Assembly: GCA_040397235.1 (NCBI GenBank)
Contig: JBBAWH010000005.1
Location: 21,118-85,117 of the forward strand
From: Candidatus Limnocylindrus sp.
GTDB taxonomy: Bacteria > Chloroflexota > Limnocylindria > Limnocylindrales > Limnocylindraceae
DNA: 64,000 nucleotides
Reading direction: 5' to 3'
The first letter of the stretch is position 1. Every line of letters starts with the position of its first letter. Below, piece after piece: positions 40,532-49,765 of the stretch. The position numbers and the translations under genes were made by a program. The notes beneath the pieces were generated by a model, which was not told where the DNA came from, made no database searches, and worked only from the letters and a program-made list of their open reading frames with translations.

Positions 40532-41167
40532 ATGATTGGCGCACTGCTCGCGGGTATGTTCGCAGGCTACGCAATCGCTGTCCCCGTCGGCGTGATCGCC
40601 GTGCTCATCATTGAGACGGGGATGATGGGCGGCCTCCGTCGCGGGCTTGCCGCCGGCGCAGGCGCTGCGACCGTCGACCTACTCTTCTGCTCGTTGGCGC
40701 TCGTTGTTGGCGGCCTCCTCAACCAACTTCTTGCCGCTGCCCTGATGCCACTCCAGCTCCTCTCGGGCGGAATTCTGATCTCGATCGGGGTCCGCGGGCT
40801 CCTCTCGCTGCGCACCTCAAGCACCAGCGCCGATGCGGCCACCGACCCGCGTGTGCGTGGCAGCGCCCGACAGCTCTACCTCCGCTTCATCGCCCTCACC
40901 GCGATGAACCCTGCGACGGTCCTCTACTTCTTGGCGCTCGCCATCGGACTCCCCGGTCTCGGGAGCGACCCGATCAACGCCGTCGCCTTCACCGTTGGCG
41001 CGGCGGGGGCGAGCCTCTCGTGGCAACTCTTGCTGGGGGCGATCGGTGCCGCTGCAGGCCGCATCCTTCCGGAGCGCGCGGTCACCGCAACGCGCATCGT
41101 CGGCCAGGTGCTGATCATTGGATTCGGTACGAGCATCGCCGTAACGGCGCTGCGCAGCGTCGCTTAG
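40532..41167 (+). CDS. LysE/RhtB family amino-acid efflux protein
   Basis: About 210 aa, six TM segments, LysE-like N-terminus. Start moved to the ATG at 40532; the listed ORF from 40394 has a non-membrane leader. Confidence 0.7.
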   Translation: MIGALLAGMFAGYAIAVPVGVIAVLIIETGMMGGLRRGLAAGAGAATVDLLFCSLALVVGGLLNQLLAAALMPLQLLSGGILISIGVRGLLSLRTSSTSADAATDPRVRGSARQLYLRFIALTAMNPATVLYFLALAIGLPGLGSDPINAVAFTVGAAGASLSWQLLLGAIGAAAGRILPERAVTATRIVGQVLIIGFGTSIAVTALRSVA

Positions 41168-42300
41168 CCGATCACCACGTTGCGCTCCGCGGCAAGGTCG
41201 CTGCGCATCGGTCGATCAATGAGCACCCGAATGCGATAACGCACCGTCAACTGCGCTCCGTTAACTCCGTCGAACACAGGTGGGGCGTCACTCGGAATCT
41301 CAAAGGTGACGAGACTCCCCTTCGCTAGGTCACTCGTCTGCAACTCTGCTGCGGCGATGCGCACGTCCGGCGCCATCTTCACGTCAACATACAGTTCGAC
41401 ACGTGCGCCGCGGCCACCAGAGGCGCTCGGCCAACGAACGTTGACCTGCAGCGCGCTACCCGGAGCGATCGGTGGTGCCGGTTCAACATCCATGGAGACC
41501 TCGCCCTCGGACCAGGCGGCCATCATTGCCGACGGCCCAAGCGACATCACGCCGGAGCGCAGCAGGTCTGGGTTCTGCGCAATGTTGATCACGGCGGCCA
41601 CGCGCTCGTCACCGCCTGCAGCGATATCCCACTCCACCTGCAGCGTCCACACGACCATGTAGGCACCGAGATGCACCGAGGGTGGCCCGAGTTTTGGAGC
41701 GGGAGCAAGGATCTTGAGGTCAATCTCGTCGCCCGGGGCCAGCGTTGCTGGCACGGCGATCTCCATCAGCGGCACGTTGGCGAACTCGCTAGCAAGCACT
41801 TCAACCCAAGTTGTGGTGATTTCCTGATCGCCGTTCTTCTGTGTCTGCATTTGCGTGACCTCGCGCACCAGGTGTCCCTTTACAGAGACGCGCGTCCCTC
41901 GCGCCTTGATCTCTTTGGTCGCGCGAACACGAAGACGGGCATGAATCTCACCACCGACCAGGCTCCCAGGCGTCACCTCTATCGAGCCCGAGAGCGCGTC
42001 GGTGCACGGCGTCAGGAGCTCAGCCCCGGTCAGGAATGCGAGTGGGTGTGCGCCGTCGCGTGCCGCCAACGCCTCGCCGTTCAGTCGGTCGAGTGGGGCG
42101 GGGAGCGAACCCGTCTTCCCTGCGTGGCGCTCCCGGCCCGCTGCGCGCCAGAGGTCGAGGAAGCTGTCAGCCACGTGGGACACCGCTCGCAGTAACTGCA
42201 GCAAGGATGCCCGCCATCTCTGCCGCATCGCGCGCGACCCAGGTCGGCCGCTGCGCCGCCGGTAGGTCGTCAATCTGTACGGCGCCAACGCCTGCGCCAA
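41164..42300 (-). CDS. Hypothetical protein, possibly an arrestin/SpoOM-like beta-sandwich
   Basis: 378-aa ORF. The first about 45 codons overlap the HAD gene, so the true start is probably internal. Beta-rich with alternating-hydrophobic repeats. No motif I can name with confidence. Confidence 0.35.
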   Translation of the reverse strand: MAQALAPYRLTTYRRRSGRPGSRAMRQRWRASLLQLLRAVSHVADSFLDLWRAAGRERHAGKTGSLPAPLDRLNGEALAARDGAHPLAFLTGAELLTPCTDALSGSIEVTPGSLVGGEIHARLRVRATKEIKARGTRVSVKGHLVREVTQMQTQKNGDQEITTTWVEVLASEFANVPLMEIAVPATLAPGDEIDLKILAPAPKLGPPSVHLGAYMVVWTLQVEWDIAAGGDERVAAVINIAQNPDLLRSGVMSLGPSAMMAAWSEGEVSMDVEPAPPIAPGSALQVNVRWPSASGGRGARVELYVDVKMAPDVRIAAAELQTSDLAKGSLVTFEIPSDAPPVFDGVNGAQLTVRYRIRVLIDRPMRSDLAAERNVVIG

Positions 42301-43006
42301 CGCCCGTCATCAAGAGAATGGAGCGACACCCCGCCGCGTTCGCCGCAGCGATGTCGGTCGCGGGAGAGTCGCCGATCATGATCGCGTCGCGAATGTCGCT
42401 CCCGTCGAGCGCCGCCGCCTGAAGCAGTAGGTCGGGCGCCGGCTTGCCGATCGCCGAGGCGCGCACACCGGTCGCCGCCTCAAGCGCCGCCACCGCTGCA
42501 CCCGTGCCCGGCACGAGGCGACCAGGATCGGGGTAGTTGGCGTCGCGATTCGGCACGATCAGCGGGGCACCGGCGCGCACGGCGTCGGTGGCAACGGCAA
42601 GGTCGTGCCAATCAGACTCGCGATCGAGGCCCACTGTCACCGCATCCACTCCCCAAACGGCGAGTGACTCTGGTCCATCGAACTCGGCGGTGCGGCATGC
42701 GTCGAGCCCAGCGTCGCGCAGCTCAGCGGCGAGGCCCTCTGCCCCGTAGACCAAGATGTGGCGATAGCCCTCATCAACAAAACGCTGCGCCACAGCTGAG
42801 GCGGCGGTGATGATGCCGTGCGTTGAGAGCGGAGCACCACACGCCTCGATGCGTGAGCGATACTCAACACGGCGCAGGAAGCTGTTGTTGGTGACATAGA
42901 TCACGCGGTCACCAACGGCAACACGCTCGGTGAGGAGTGGGCCAACGCCAGGGACCGGCTCACTGCCGCGGTAGACAACCCCGTCAAGGTCAACACAAAG
43001 GAGCAT
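42167..43006 (-). CDS. HAD-IIA family hydrolase (NagD-like)
   Basis: HAD motifs I CVDLDGVVYRG, II VTNNS, III GKP, IV IGDSPATDIAAANAAG. Confidence 0.85.
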   Translation of the reverse strand: MLLCVDLDGVVYRGSEPVPGVGPLLTERVAVGDRVIYVTNNSFLRRVEYRSRIEACGAPLSTHGIITAASAVAQRFVDEGYRHILVYGAEGLAAELRDAGLDACRTAEFDGPESLAVWGVDAVTVGLDRESDWHDLAVATDAVRAGAPLIVPNRDANYPDPGRLVPGTGAAVAALEAATGVRASAIGKPAPDLLLQAAALDGSDIRDAIMIGDSPATDIAAANAAGCRSILLMTGVGAGVGAVQIDDLPAAQRPTWVARDAAEMAGILAAVTASGVPRG

Positions 43007-43012
43007 GAGGCG

Positions 43013-43516
43013 ATGGTAGATCAGGAGCGCGTCACCCTACGCAACGCGAAGCGCCTGCTGGTGGACGGCAACAACCTCGTTGGCGGCCGGGATGAGGGGC
43101 GCCTCAATAACCTCGAGGCAAAGCTGCGTCGGACCATCACCCCAGGGGTCGCGATCGAGGTCTTCCGTGATGGGGGTGCCCGCTCCGCCGACGACAAGAT
43201 CGTCGAGGCGATCGGCGCACCAGATCCTGGCTCAGCGGACCGCATCGTTGTCATTACTGACGACCGCGGCCTTGCCGCGCGGTGCACCGCCCTCGGGGCC
43301 TCCGTCGTCAGCGCCCGCTACTTCCGCGACGCCATCGGCGGCCCGCCGCGTGCTCCTCTCGCTGGAACGGGCGCACGCCCCCCAAGCATCGGCGGATCCG
43401 GCCCGAGGCGTGCGGCGCCGAGTAAAGATGAGGGTGACTCCGAACGACGCTGGCGCCCGGGGCGTGGCGCGACCCAGAAGCGCGGCCCCTCAACGCGTCC
43501 GCCGCGCCCCCGCTAG
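43013..43516 (+). CDS. NYN-domain protein (YacP/Rae1-like putative RNase)
   Basis: LLVDGNNLV, IEVFRDGG, ADDKIV and VVITDDRGL acidic clusters arranged as in the YacP/NYN fold. Arg/Pro-rich C-terminal tail. Confidence 0.5.
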   Translation: MVDQERVTLRNAKRLLVDGNNLVGGRDEGRLNNLEAKLRRTITPGVAIEVFRDGGARSADDKIVEAIGAPDPGSADRIVVITDDRGLAARCTALGASVVSARYFRDAIGGPPRAPLAGTGARPPSIGGSGPRRAAPSKDEGDSERRWRPGRGATQKRGPSTRPPRPR

Positions 43517-43525
43517 GATTCATCT

Positions 43526-44005
43526 ATGAGTGAAATTGGTGCTCGCATCGCCGAGTTCTTCGCCTGGCTCAGCACGATCGTCCCCGCCTTTGTCACGCCA
43601 GACTGGGCCGCCCTGATCGGTCTCCTCCCACTATTTGTCGCCCCCCTCGTCCTGCTCTGGCTCCTTTACACGGGTGGCATCTGGACGCTGGTCGGCATCA
43701 CCAAGCGCGGCGCGCAGCTCAAGGTCGGCGCACCCCTCCCCACCCCCGCCCCGCTCGGTGCCGATGGGCGACCGCTCTTCCCCGCCGGACGCCCGTACGC
43801 CACCAGTGAGGCGGCCATTTACCCAAATGGGAGCACCCGCTCACTCCGCGGCGAGCCGCTGCTGATCGCCTGCCCTAGCTGCCTCGCGGTTCGAGTGGCT
43901 GAGCGCAGCACCTGCGATGCCTGCGGCCTCGAGTTGCGCGCCCGAACGCTGATCGCCGTGGAGCGCCCCGCTGGACCGCCTCCTGGCGGCGCGGCTCGCG
44001 CCTAA
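43526..44005 (+). CDS. Hypothetical membrane protein with a C-terminal zinc ribbon
   Basis: Two N-terminal TM helices, then CPSC...(12)...CDAC. Lies directly between the NYN gene and ccsA. Confidence 0.4.
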   Translation: MSEIGARIAEFFAWLSTIVPAFVTPDWAALIGLLPLFVAPLVLLWLLYTGGIWTLVGITKRGAQLKVGAPLPTPAPLGADGRPLFPAGRPYATSEAAIYPNGSTRSLRGEPLLIACPSCLAVRVAERSTCDACGLELRARTLIAVERPAGPPPGGAARA

Positions 44006-44923
44006 GTGGCAACCCTCTCCTTCTATCTCGTTGTCGTTGGGGCGATTGCCCTCGTCGGCGCCTTCGCCCTCTATGTCGTGCACCTTGTCCTCGTAGCTCA
44101 AGGCGACCGCGCCGTTACGCCACGACTCGCTATCGCCGCAGCATCAATGCGCGGCAACCTCGCCGAGCAGCTTGATGGTGGCGCGCCGACCTCCGCCGAA
44201 TCGACGAGCCCGATCAGTGCGATCGCGGGTGCGCTCGCAATCATTGCAACTGGATCGCTCGGCGTTGCGCTGATCGCACGCGCCATCGTTGTGGGCCGCG
44301 GGCCGTGGGGAAATCTCTACGAGTTCACGATCTCATTTGCCTTCGGCATTTGCGCCGCAGCGATCTTCTTCGATCGCAAGCGACGTCTGCCAGCGCTCAG
44401 CACTATCGCCTACGGTGTGGCACTCGCACTGCTCGCCTACGCGACGACGCTGCCGAATGCGGTGGTTGATCTAGTGCCAGCGCTACAGCATCCGTTTCTG
44501 CTCACCATCCATGTCGGTATGGCAATGCTCAGCTACGGCATCTTCGCCTTCGCATTTGCGGCAGGCGTTGCCTATCTGCTGCAAGGCGACACCGATCGCT
44601 TCAGCTGGTTGCCGCCAGCAAAGCGTCTCGATCTTGTTGCGTTCCGCGCCGTCGCCGTCGCCTTCCCCCTCTTCGCCGGAATGCTCATCCTTGGATCGAT
44701 CTGGGCCTCGATCGCCTGGAGTCGCTTCTGGGGGTGGGATCCGAAGGAGACTTCGGCCCTCGCCACCTGGCTGATCTACGCCGTCTACCTGCACGCCCGC
44801 AGCCAGCGCGGCTGGCAGGGTCGACCCGCCGCCCTCCTCCTGGTCATCGGCTTTGTCGCGGTACTGCTGACCTACTCGGGGAACCTCTGGTTCACCGGCC
44901 TCCACACCTACTCGGGGCTGTAA
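44006..44923 (+). CDS. ccsA: Cytochrome c-type biogenesis protein CcsA/ResC (cytochrome c assembly protein family)
   Basis: Polytopic membrane protein with the Trp-rich heme-handling motif WGWDPKE and conserved His residues. GTG start right after the upstream TAA. Confidence 0.75.
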   Translation: MATLSFYLVVVGAIALVGAFALYVVHLVLVAQGDRAVTPRLAIAAASMRGNLAEQLDGGAPTSAESTSPISAIAGALAIIATGSLGVALIARAIVVGRGPWGNLYEFTISFAFGICAAAIFFDRKRRLPALSTIAYGVALALLAYATTLPNAVVDLVPALQHPFLLTIHVGMAMLSYGIFAFAFAAGVAYLLQGDTDRFSWLPPAKRLDLVAFRAVAVAFPLFAGMLILGSIWASIAWSRFWGWDPKETSALATWLIYAVYLHARSQRGWQGRPAALLLVIGFVAVLLTYSGNLWFTGLHTYSGL

Positions 44924-45027
44924 CAAGGCCCCTCCCTGGCCTAATCAGCCCAGCTGGCGGCCCGCCTGAGCGCGGGCCAAGCGCAGGTCGTGCGGCGAAT
45001 TATGTAACAAAGTCAGATTGCAGCCAA

Positions 45028-45078
45028 ACCACAACATGTGCGGTAACACTCCCCTTTAACACCACCATATGTAGTGGT
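45028..45078 (+). promoter_or_regulatory. Putative tandem NrdR boxes upstream of nrdJ
   Basis: Two imperfect palindromes ACCACAACATGTGCGGT (45028-45044) and ACCACCATATGTAGTGGT (45061-45078), centres about 33 bp apart, 135-185 bp upstream of the nrdJ ATG. The second matches the NrdR-box consensus acaCwAtATaTwGtgt at about 12/16 positions. Confidence 0.45.
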
Positions 45079-45214
45079 TGAGGGGTTGACGCCACACCAG
45101 AGTGGGCGTAGGATTCGGCTCCCGCTGCTACACGGCAGGGGCTCTGTGCGCCCAATCGTTGGTTGGGAACGGATGTGGTGGCCTCACATTTTGAGGCAGA
45201 AGAGGGAGAGAGAC

Positions 45215-48139
45215 ATGGCGGGCTTGGTGGACGCTGCGAAGGCGGCAACAAAGGCAACGATCGAGAAGTCAACGGCGCAGCCGTTGCCACCGTTGAGCTT
45301 TGATGGCAAGGGCACAAAGGGCCTCGCCTGGGATCGACGCTGGACCACCGCCGGCACGCATCCATACGACGAAATTCAGTGGGAGATCCGCACCGCATCC
45401 ATCGGCAACGAGAGCGGTAAGAGCGTCTTCGAGCAGAAGGACGTTGAGGTGCCCGCCTCATGGTCACAGCTCGCCACCAACGTTGTTGTCTCTAAGTACT
45501 TCCGTGGTCATGTTGGTAGCCCAGAGCGCGAGACGAGCGTTCGCCAGCTGATCGGTCGTGTAGCCGGTCAGATTGATGCATGGGCTGAGCAGCAGCATTA
45601 TTTCAAGTCCGATGAGGACCGCGGCGCATTCATTGCCGAGCTGACCCACCTGCTCGTCAACCAGAAGATGGCCTTCAACTCACCAGTCTGGTTCAACGTT
45701 GGCGTTGAGAAGCGCCCACAGTGCTCGGCCTGCTTCATCAATGGTGTGCAGGACTCGATGTCATCGATCATGGACCTCGCGAAGACCGAGGCGATGCTCT
45801 TCAAGTTCGGTTCGGGTGCAGGTTCCAACCTCTCCCCAATTCGCAGCGCCAAGGAGAAGATGAGCGGTGGTGGCACCGCCTCTGGCCCTGTCTCGTTCAT
45901 GAGGGGCTTTGACGCCTTCGCCGGTGTCGTGAAGTCCGGTGGCAAGACGCGCCGCGCCGCGAAGATGGTCATCCTCGATGTGCAGCACCCTGACATTGAG
46001 CAGTTCATTGACTCGAAGGTCAGCGAAGAGAAGAAGGCCTGGGCACTCATTGAGGCGGGCTACGATGCCAGCTTCACCGGTGAGGCCTACGGCTCAATCT
46101 TCTTCCAGAACGGTAACCACTCAGTTCGCGTCAATGACGAGTTCATGAAGGCTGTTGAGAGCGATGGCACGTGGCAGACACGCGCCGTCGTGAGCGGCGA
46201 GCCGGTAGAGACGCTCAGGGCACGCGACGTCTTCCGCAAGATGGCGGAGGCTGCGTGGGTCTGCGGCGACCCTGGCATTCAGTACGACACGGCGATCAAT
46301 GACTGGCACACGTCGTCGAACACGGACCGCATCTATGCGTCGAACCCGTGCTCGGAGTACATGTTCCTCAACGACACCGCCTGCAACCTGGCCTCGCTGA
46401 ACCTCATGAAGTTCGTGCGACCAGATGGCGAGTTTGACGTGGAGTCCTTCAAGTACGCCTCGCGGCTGACCCTGCTCGCGCAGGAGATCATGGTGGACAA
46501 CGCCTCGTACCCAACGCCGATGATCGATGAGAACAGCCACCGCTTCCGCCCACTCGGGCTCGGCTACGCCAACCTCGGCGCGCTCTTGATGAGCCGCGGC
46601 TTGGCGTACGACTCCGACGAGGGGCGCGCCTACGCAGGCGCGATCACCTCGATCATGACCGGCGAGGCATATGCGCAGTCGGCCGAGACGGCGGCGGCAC
46701 ACGGCGGACCGTTCATTGAGTACAAGAAGAACGAGAAGCCGTTCCTTCGCGTGATCGGCAAGCACCGTGATGCCTCGCGCCAGATCCCAACGGCAACGCT
46801 GCCGAAGGACTTGGCGAACGCGGCAACCGATGCCTGGGATCGAGCGCTCGATCTCGGCACGAAGCACGGCTTCCGCAACGCACAGGTGTCGGTCTTGGCG
46901 CCAACCGGAACGATCGCATTCATGATGGACTGCGACACGACCGGCATTGAGCCAGACATCGCCCTGATCAAGTACAAGAAGCTCGTCGGCGAAGGCTTCC
47001 TCAAGATCGTCAACCAGACGGTCCCAGAGGCGCTCGTGAAGCTCGGCTACAACGCCGAGCAGGTCGCCGCGATCCTCAAGTACATTGACGAGCAGGAGAC
47101 GATTGAGGGTGCCCCAGGCCTGAAGGACGAGCACCTCTCGGTCTTCGACTGCGCCTTCAAGGCGAAGAATGGCCAGCGCTCCATCCAGTACATGGGCCAC
47201 GTGCGCATGATGGCGGCGGCGCAGCCGTTCCTCTCCGGCGCAATCTCGAAGACGGTGAACATGCCAGAGGCTGCCACCGCCGAAGAGATTGAGAGCGTCT
47301 ACCTGGAAGGGTGGAAGCTTGGCCTCAAGGCGATCGCGATCTATCGCGACGGCTCGAAGCGCTCGCAGCCGCTCAACACCAGCAAGAAGAAGGACGAAGC
47401 GGCAATTGCCGAAGTCGCCTCTGCGATCTTGCCTGGTGCCGGTGCAGCGCGACGACGCCTGCCAAAGGAGCGCACGGCGATCACCCATCGCTTCGAGATC
47501 TCCGGCCAGGAGGGATACCTCACGGTCGGTCTCTATGAGGATGGACAGCCGGGCGAGATCTTCTTGAAGATGGCGAAGGAGGGCTCCACCGTGAGCGGCC
47601 TCGTCGACAGCTTCGCGACCTCGGTCAGCGTGGCGCTGCAGTACGGCGTGCCACTCCGTGACCTGGTCAACAAGTTCGCCCACGTGCGATTCGAGCCAAG
47701 CGGATTCACCGGCAACGCCGAGATCCCACTGGCGAAGTCGATCGTGGACTACGTCTTCCGTTACCTCGGAAGCCGCTTCCTGCCAGCCGGCGATCGCGAG
47801 ATCCTCGGCCTGCAGGAGCGCACCGATGGCGGTCCGGTCCTCGGCGCCCTCCCAACCACGGTTCGCGTGGGTGCGGTGGAGTCGTGCGGTCCGAACTGCG
47901 CCTGCGGCAAGGGCGGCGGCGCAACGGGGTCGGTCTCGGCTCCCATTGCGATCACAACCCCAGCGCCAGTAGCTGCTCCAGCCGCACCTGCGGCAACGGG
48001 CGGTGTGCTGGCGGTCGCTGGGCTCGGCTTCCAGAACCAGTCCGATGCACCGGCGTGCATGGAGTGCGGCGCGATCATGGTGCGCAACGCAGCCTGCTAC
48101 AAGTGCATGACCTGCGGTACCACGAGCGGCTGCAGCTGA
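45215..48139 (+). CDS. nrdJ: Adenosylcobalamin-dependent ribonucleoside-diphosphate reductase (class II RNR)
   Basis: About 975 aa with the class II RNR catalytic core (NPCSEY, active-site Cys region) and a C-terminal Cys zinc ribbon (CMECG...CYKCMTCG). Start at the ATG at 45215 after GAGGGAGAGAGAC. The listed ORF from 45074 covers the regulatory region. Confidence 0.9.
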   Translation: MAGLVDAAKAATKATIEKSTAQPLPPLSFDGKGTKGLAWDRRWTTAGTHPYDEIQWEIRTASIGNESGKSVFEQKDVEVPASWSQLATNVVVSKYFRGHVGSPERETSVRQLIGRVAGQIDAWAEQQHYFKSDEDRGAFIAELTHLLVNQKMAFNSPVWFNVGVEKRPQCSACFINGVQDSMSSIMDLAKTEAMLFKFGSGAGSNLSPIRSAKEKMSGGGTASGPVSFMRGFDAFAGVVKSGGKTRRAAKMVILDVQHPDIEQFIDSKVSEEKKAWALIEAGYDASFTGEAYGSIFFQNGNHSVRVNDEFMKAVESDGTWQTRAVVSGEPVETLRARDVFRKMAEAAWVCGDPGIQYDTAINDWHTSSNTDRIYASNPCSEYMFLNDTACNLASLNLMKFVRPDGEFDVESFKYASRLTLLAQEIMVDNASYPTPMIDENSHRFRPLGLGYANLGALLMSRGLAYDSDEGRAYAGAITSIMTGEAYAQSAETAAAHGGPFIEYKKNEKPFLRVIGKHRDASRQIPTATLPKDLANAATDAWDRALDLGTKHGFRNAQVSVLAPTGTIAFMMDCDTTGIEPDIALIKYKKLVGEGFLKIVNQTVPEALVKLGYNAEQVAAILKYIDEQETIEGAPGLKDEHLSVFDCAFKAKNGQRSIQYMGHVRMMAAAQPFLSGAISKTVNMPEAATAEEIESVYLEGWKLGLKAIAIYRDGSKRSQPLNTSKKKDEAAIAEVASAILPGAGAARRRLPKERTAITHRFEISGQEGYLTVGLYEDGQPGEIFLKMAKEGSTVSGLVDSFATSVSVALQYGVPLRDLVNKFAHVRFEPSGFTGNAEIPLAKSIVDYVFRYLGSRFLPAGDREILGLQERTDGGPVLGALPTTVRVGAVESCGPNCACGKGGGATGSVSAPIAITTPAPVAAPAAPAATGGVLAVAGLGFQNQSDAPACMECGAIMVRNAACYKCMTCGTTSGCS

Positions 48140-48161
48140 TCTAACGCGGAACCTGGTGCAG

Positions 48162-48198
48162 AGCACGCCCCAGTCGCCTTTGGCGGCTGGGGCGTGCT
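48162..48198 (+). terminator. Strong GC hairpin downstream of nrdJ (putative terminator, no U tract)
   Basis: 17-bp stem (AGCACGCCCCAGTCGCC / GGCGGCTGGGGCGTGCT) with a TTT loop, 22 nt after the nrdJ stop and before the next gene's RBS. Confidence 0.5.
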
Positions 48199-48226
48199 GC
48201 TACAACTGAACGGAGAGGAGGCCCCG

Positions 48227-49765
48227 ATGCGCAACGCCAAAGGGAGCCAGGCTCGTCTCGCCATCGCCACGCTCCTCGTCGTCGCCTTAGCGACCAGTGC
48301 CTGTGCGGAGCCGGTCGCCGAATCGCCGAGCCCAACCGCCAGCTTCATCCCCAGCGGCACGATCGACTGGCAGAGCTGTCCGGTCGCCGACCCGGTCATT
48401 GGCGGCAACCCAGAACTCCTCTGCGCCACAATCACCGTCCCGCGCGACTACCTGACGCCCGATGGCCCAACGATTGACATCGCTGTAGCCCTCCTTCCAG
48501 CCGCCGACCAGGCGAACAAGGTCGGCCCACTCCTTCTGAACTTTGGTGGCCCTGGCGCATCGGGCATCAACATCCTCGCCGAGTCGGGTCGTGGCGTGGT
48601 GCCAGCCGAGATCGGCAATCGCTTCGACCTCGTCTCGTGGGACCCGCGCGGCGTCCAGCGCAGTGCGCCCGTCGAGTGCCTCAGTGACACGGAGATGGAC
48701 GACTATGCGGCAACGCCGGGTATCACCGATCGGCCGACCGCAGCGGACTGGGCCTCAGCGCTCAACGACGCGCAGTGGTTTGCCGACAAGTGCAAGGCGG
48801 GCACGGGCGAGATGCTCGCCTACATCGGCACCACCGCTTCAGCACGCGACATGGAGAGCATTCGGATCGGCCTTGGCGTAGCCAAGTTGGATTATCTCGG
48901 CTTCAGTTACGGCACCGCACTCGGCGCGGTCTATGCAACCCTCTTCCCCACCTCAACCGGCCACATGATCCTTGACGGCGCCGTTGACATGGCGCCGACC
49001 GACGAGTCCGAGTACGGCGAGCAGGGTGTCTCGCTACAGGGGGCACTCAATCGCCTCTTCGCCTGGTGCGATGCCGATGCCGCCTGCCCATTCGGCGACG
49101 GCTCATCGCGCGCCGCGTTTGATGCGCTGATGAACAACCTCGATGACCAGCCGATTGAACTCGAAGATGGACGCAAGCTGAACTCTGTGCTCGCATGGAC
49201 TGGCGTGATCATGACGCTCTACAACCGCGACTACTGGGACTACGCCGTGCAGGGGCTCGCAGGGGCGAGCGAAGGCGATGGATACCTGCTGAGCCTCCTC
49301 GCCGACGCGTACATGGATCGTGGCGAAGACGGCACGTATAACTCAAACATCATGGAGGCCTTCCCGGCGATCAGCTGTATTGATTCACCAACCACGCCAT
49401 CAATCGCGCGCTACAGGGCAATCTACGAGAAGTTCGTCAGCCAGGCGCCAGACTTCGCCGCAGGTCACGCCTCCAGTGGCCTGCTCTGCGGCGTATGGCC
49501 GTATACGAGTGCCGACCCGCTACCGACGCTTGTGAATGGCGCTGGTGCCGCACCGATCTTGGTGGTAGGTACCACCGGAGATCCTGCGACGCCATACGCC
49601 TGGTCGCAGCGCATGGCAGATCTACTCGAGAGCGGCCACCTGCTGACCTACGTCGGCGAGGGACACACCGGCGTTGGTGGCAAGAGCGCCTGCATTGACG
49701 AGGCGGCCATCGCCTTCCTTGTGAGCGGCACCCTGCCCCCTGAGAACACGCGCTGCAATGACTGA
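48227..49765 (+). CDS. Secreted alpha/beta-hydrolase, S33 tripeptidyl/prolyl aminopeptidase-like lipoprotein
   Basis: Lipoprotein signal LLVVALATSAC and the nucleophile elbow GFSYGT. About 500 aa, like Streptomyces Tap-type peptidases. Start at the ATG at 48227 after GGAGAGGAGG. Confidence 0.7.
   Translation: MRNAKGSQARLAIATLLVVALATSACAEPVAESPSPTASFIPSGTIDWQSCPVADPVIGGNPELLCATITVPRDYLTPDGPTIDIAVALLPAADQANKVGPLLLNFGGPGASGINILAESGRGVVPAEIGNRFDLVSWDPRGVQRSAPVECLSDTEMDDYAATPGITDRPTAADWASALNDAQWFADKCKAGTGEMLAYIGTTASARDMESIRIGLGVAKLDYLGFSYGTALGAVYATLFPTSTGHMILDGAVDMAPTDESEYGEQGVSLQGALNRLFAWCDADAACPFGDGSSRAAFDALMNNLDDQPIELEDGRKLNSVLAWTGVIMTLYNRDYWDYAVQGLAGASEGDGYLLSLLADAYMDRGEDGTYNSNIMEAFPAISCIDSPTTPSIARYRAIYEKFVSQAPDFAAGHASSGLLCGVWPYTSADPLPTLVNGAGAAPILVVGTTGDPATPYAWSQRMADLLESGHLLTYVGEGHTGVGGKSACIDEAAIAFLVSGTLPPENTRCND

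Noticed and set aside
44924-45214. Possible cobalamin riboswitch in the nrdJ leader
   Set aside because: There is no recognisable B12 box or conserved riboswitch core. NrdJ is the B12-dependent enzyme and would not normally be B12-repressed. NrdR-type palindromes explain the conserved-looking elements better.
46121-48166. 681-aa minus-strand ORF
   Set aside because: It lies entirely antisense to nrdJ and its translation is Arg/Ala/Leu-rich low complexity. This is a typical antisense artefact in a 70% GC gene.
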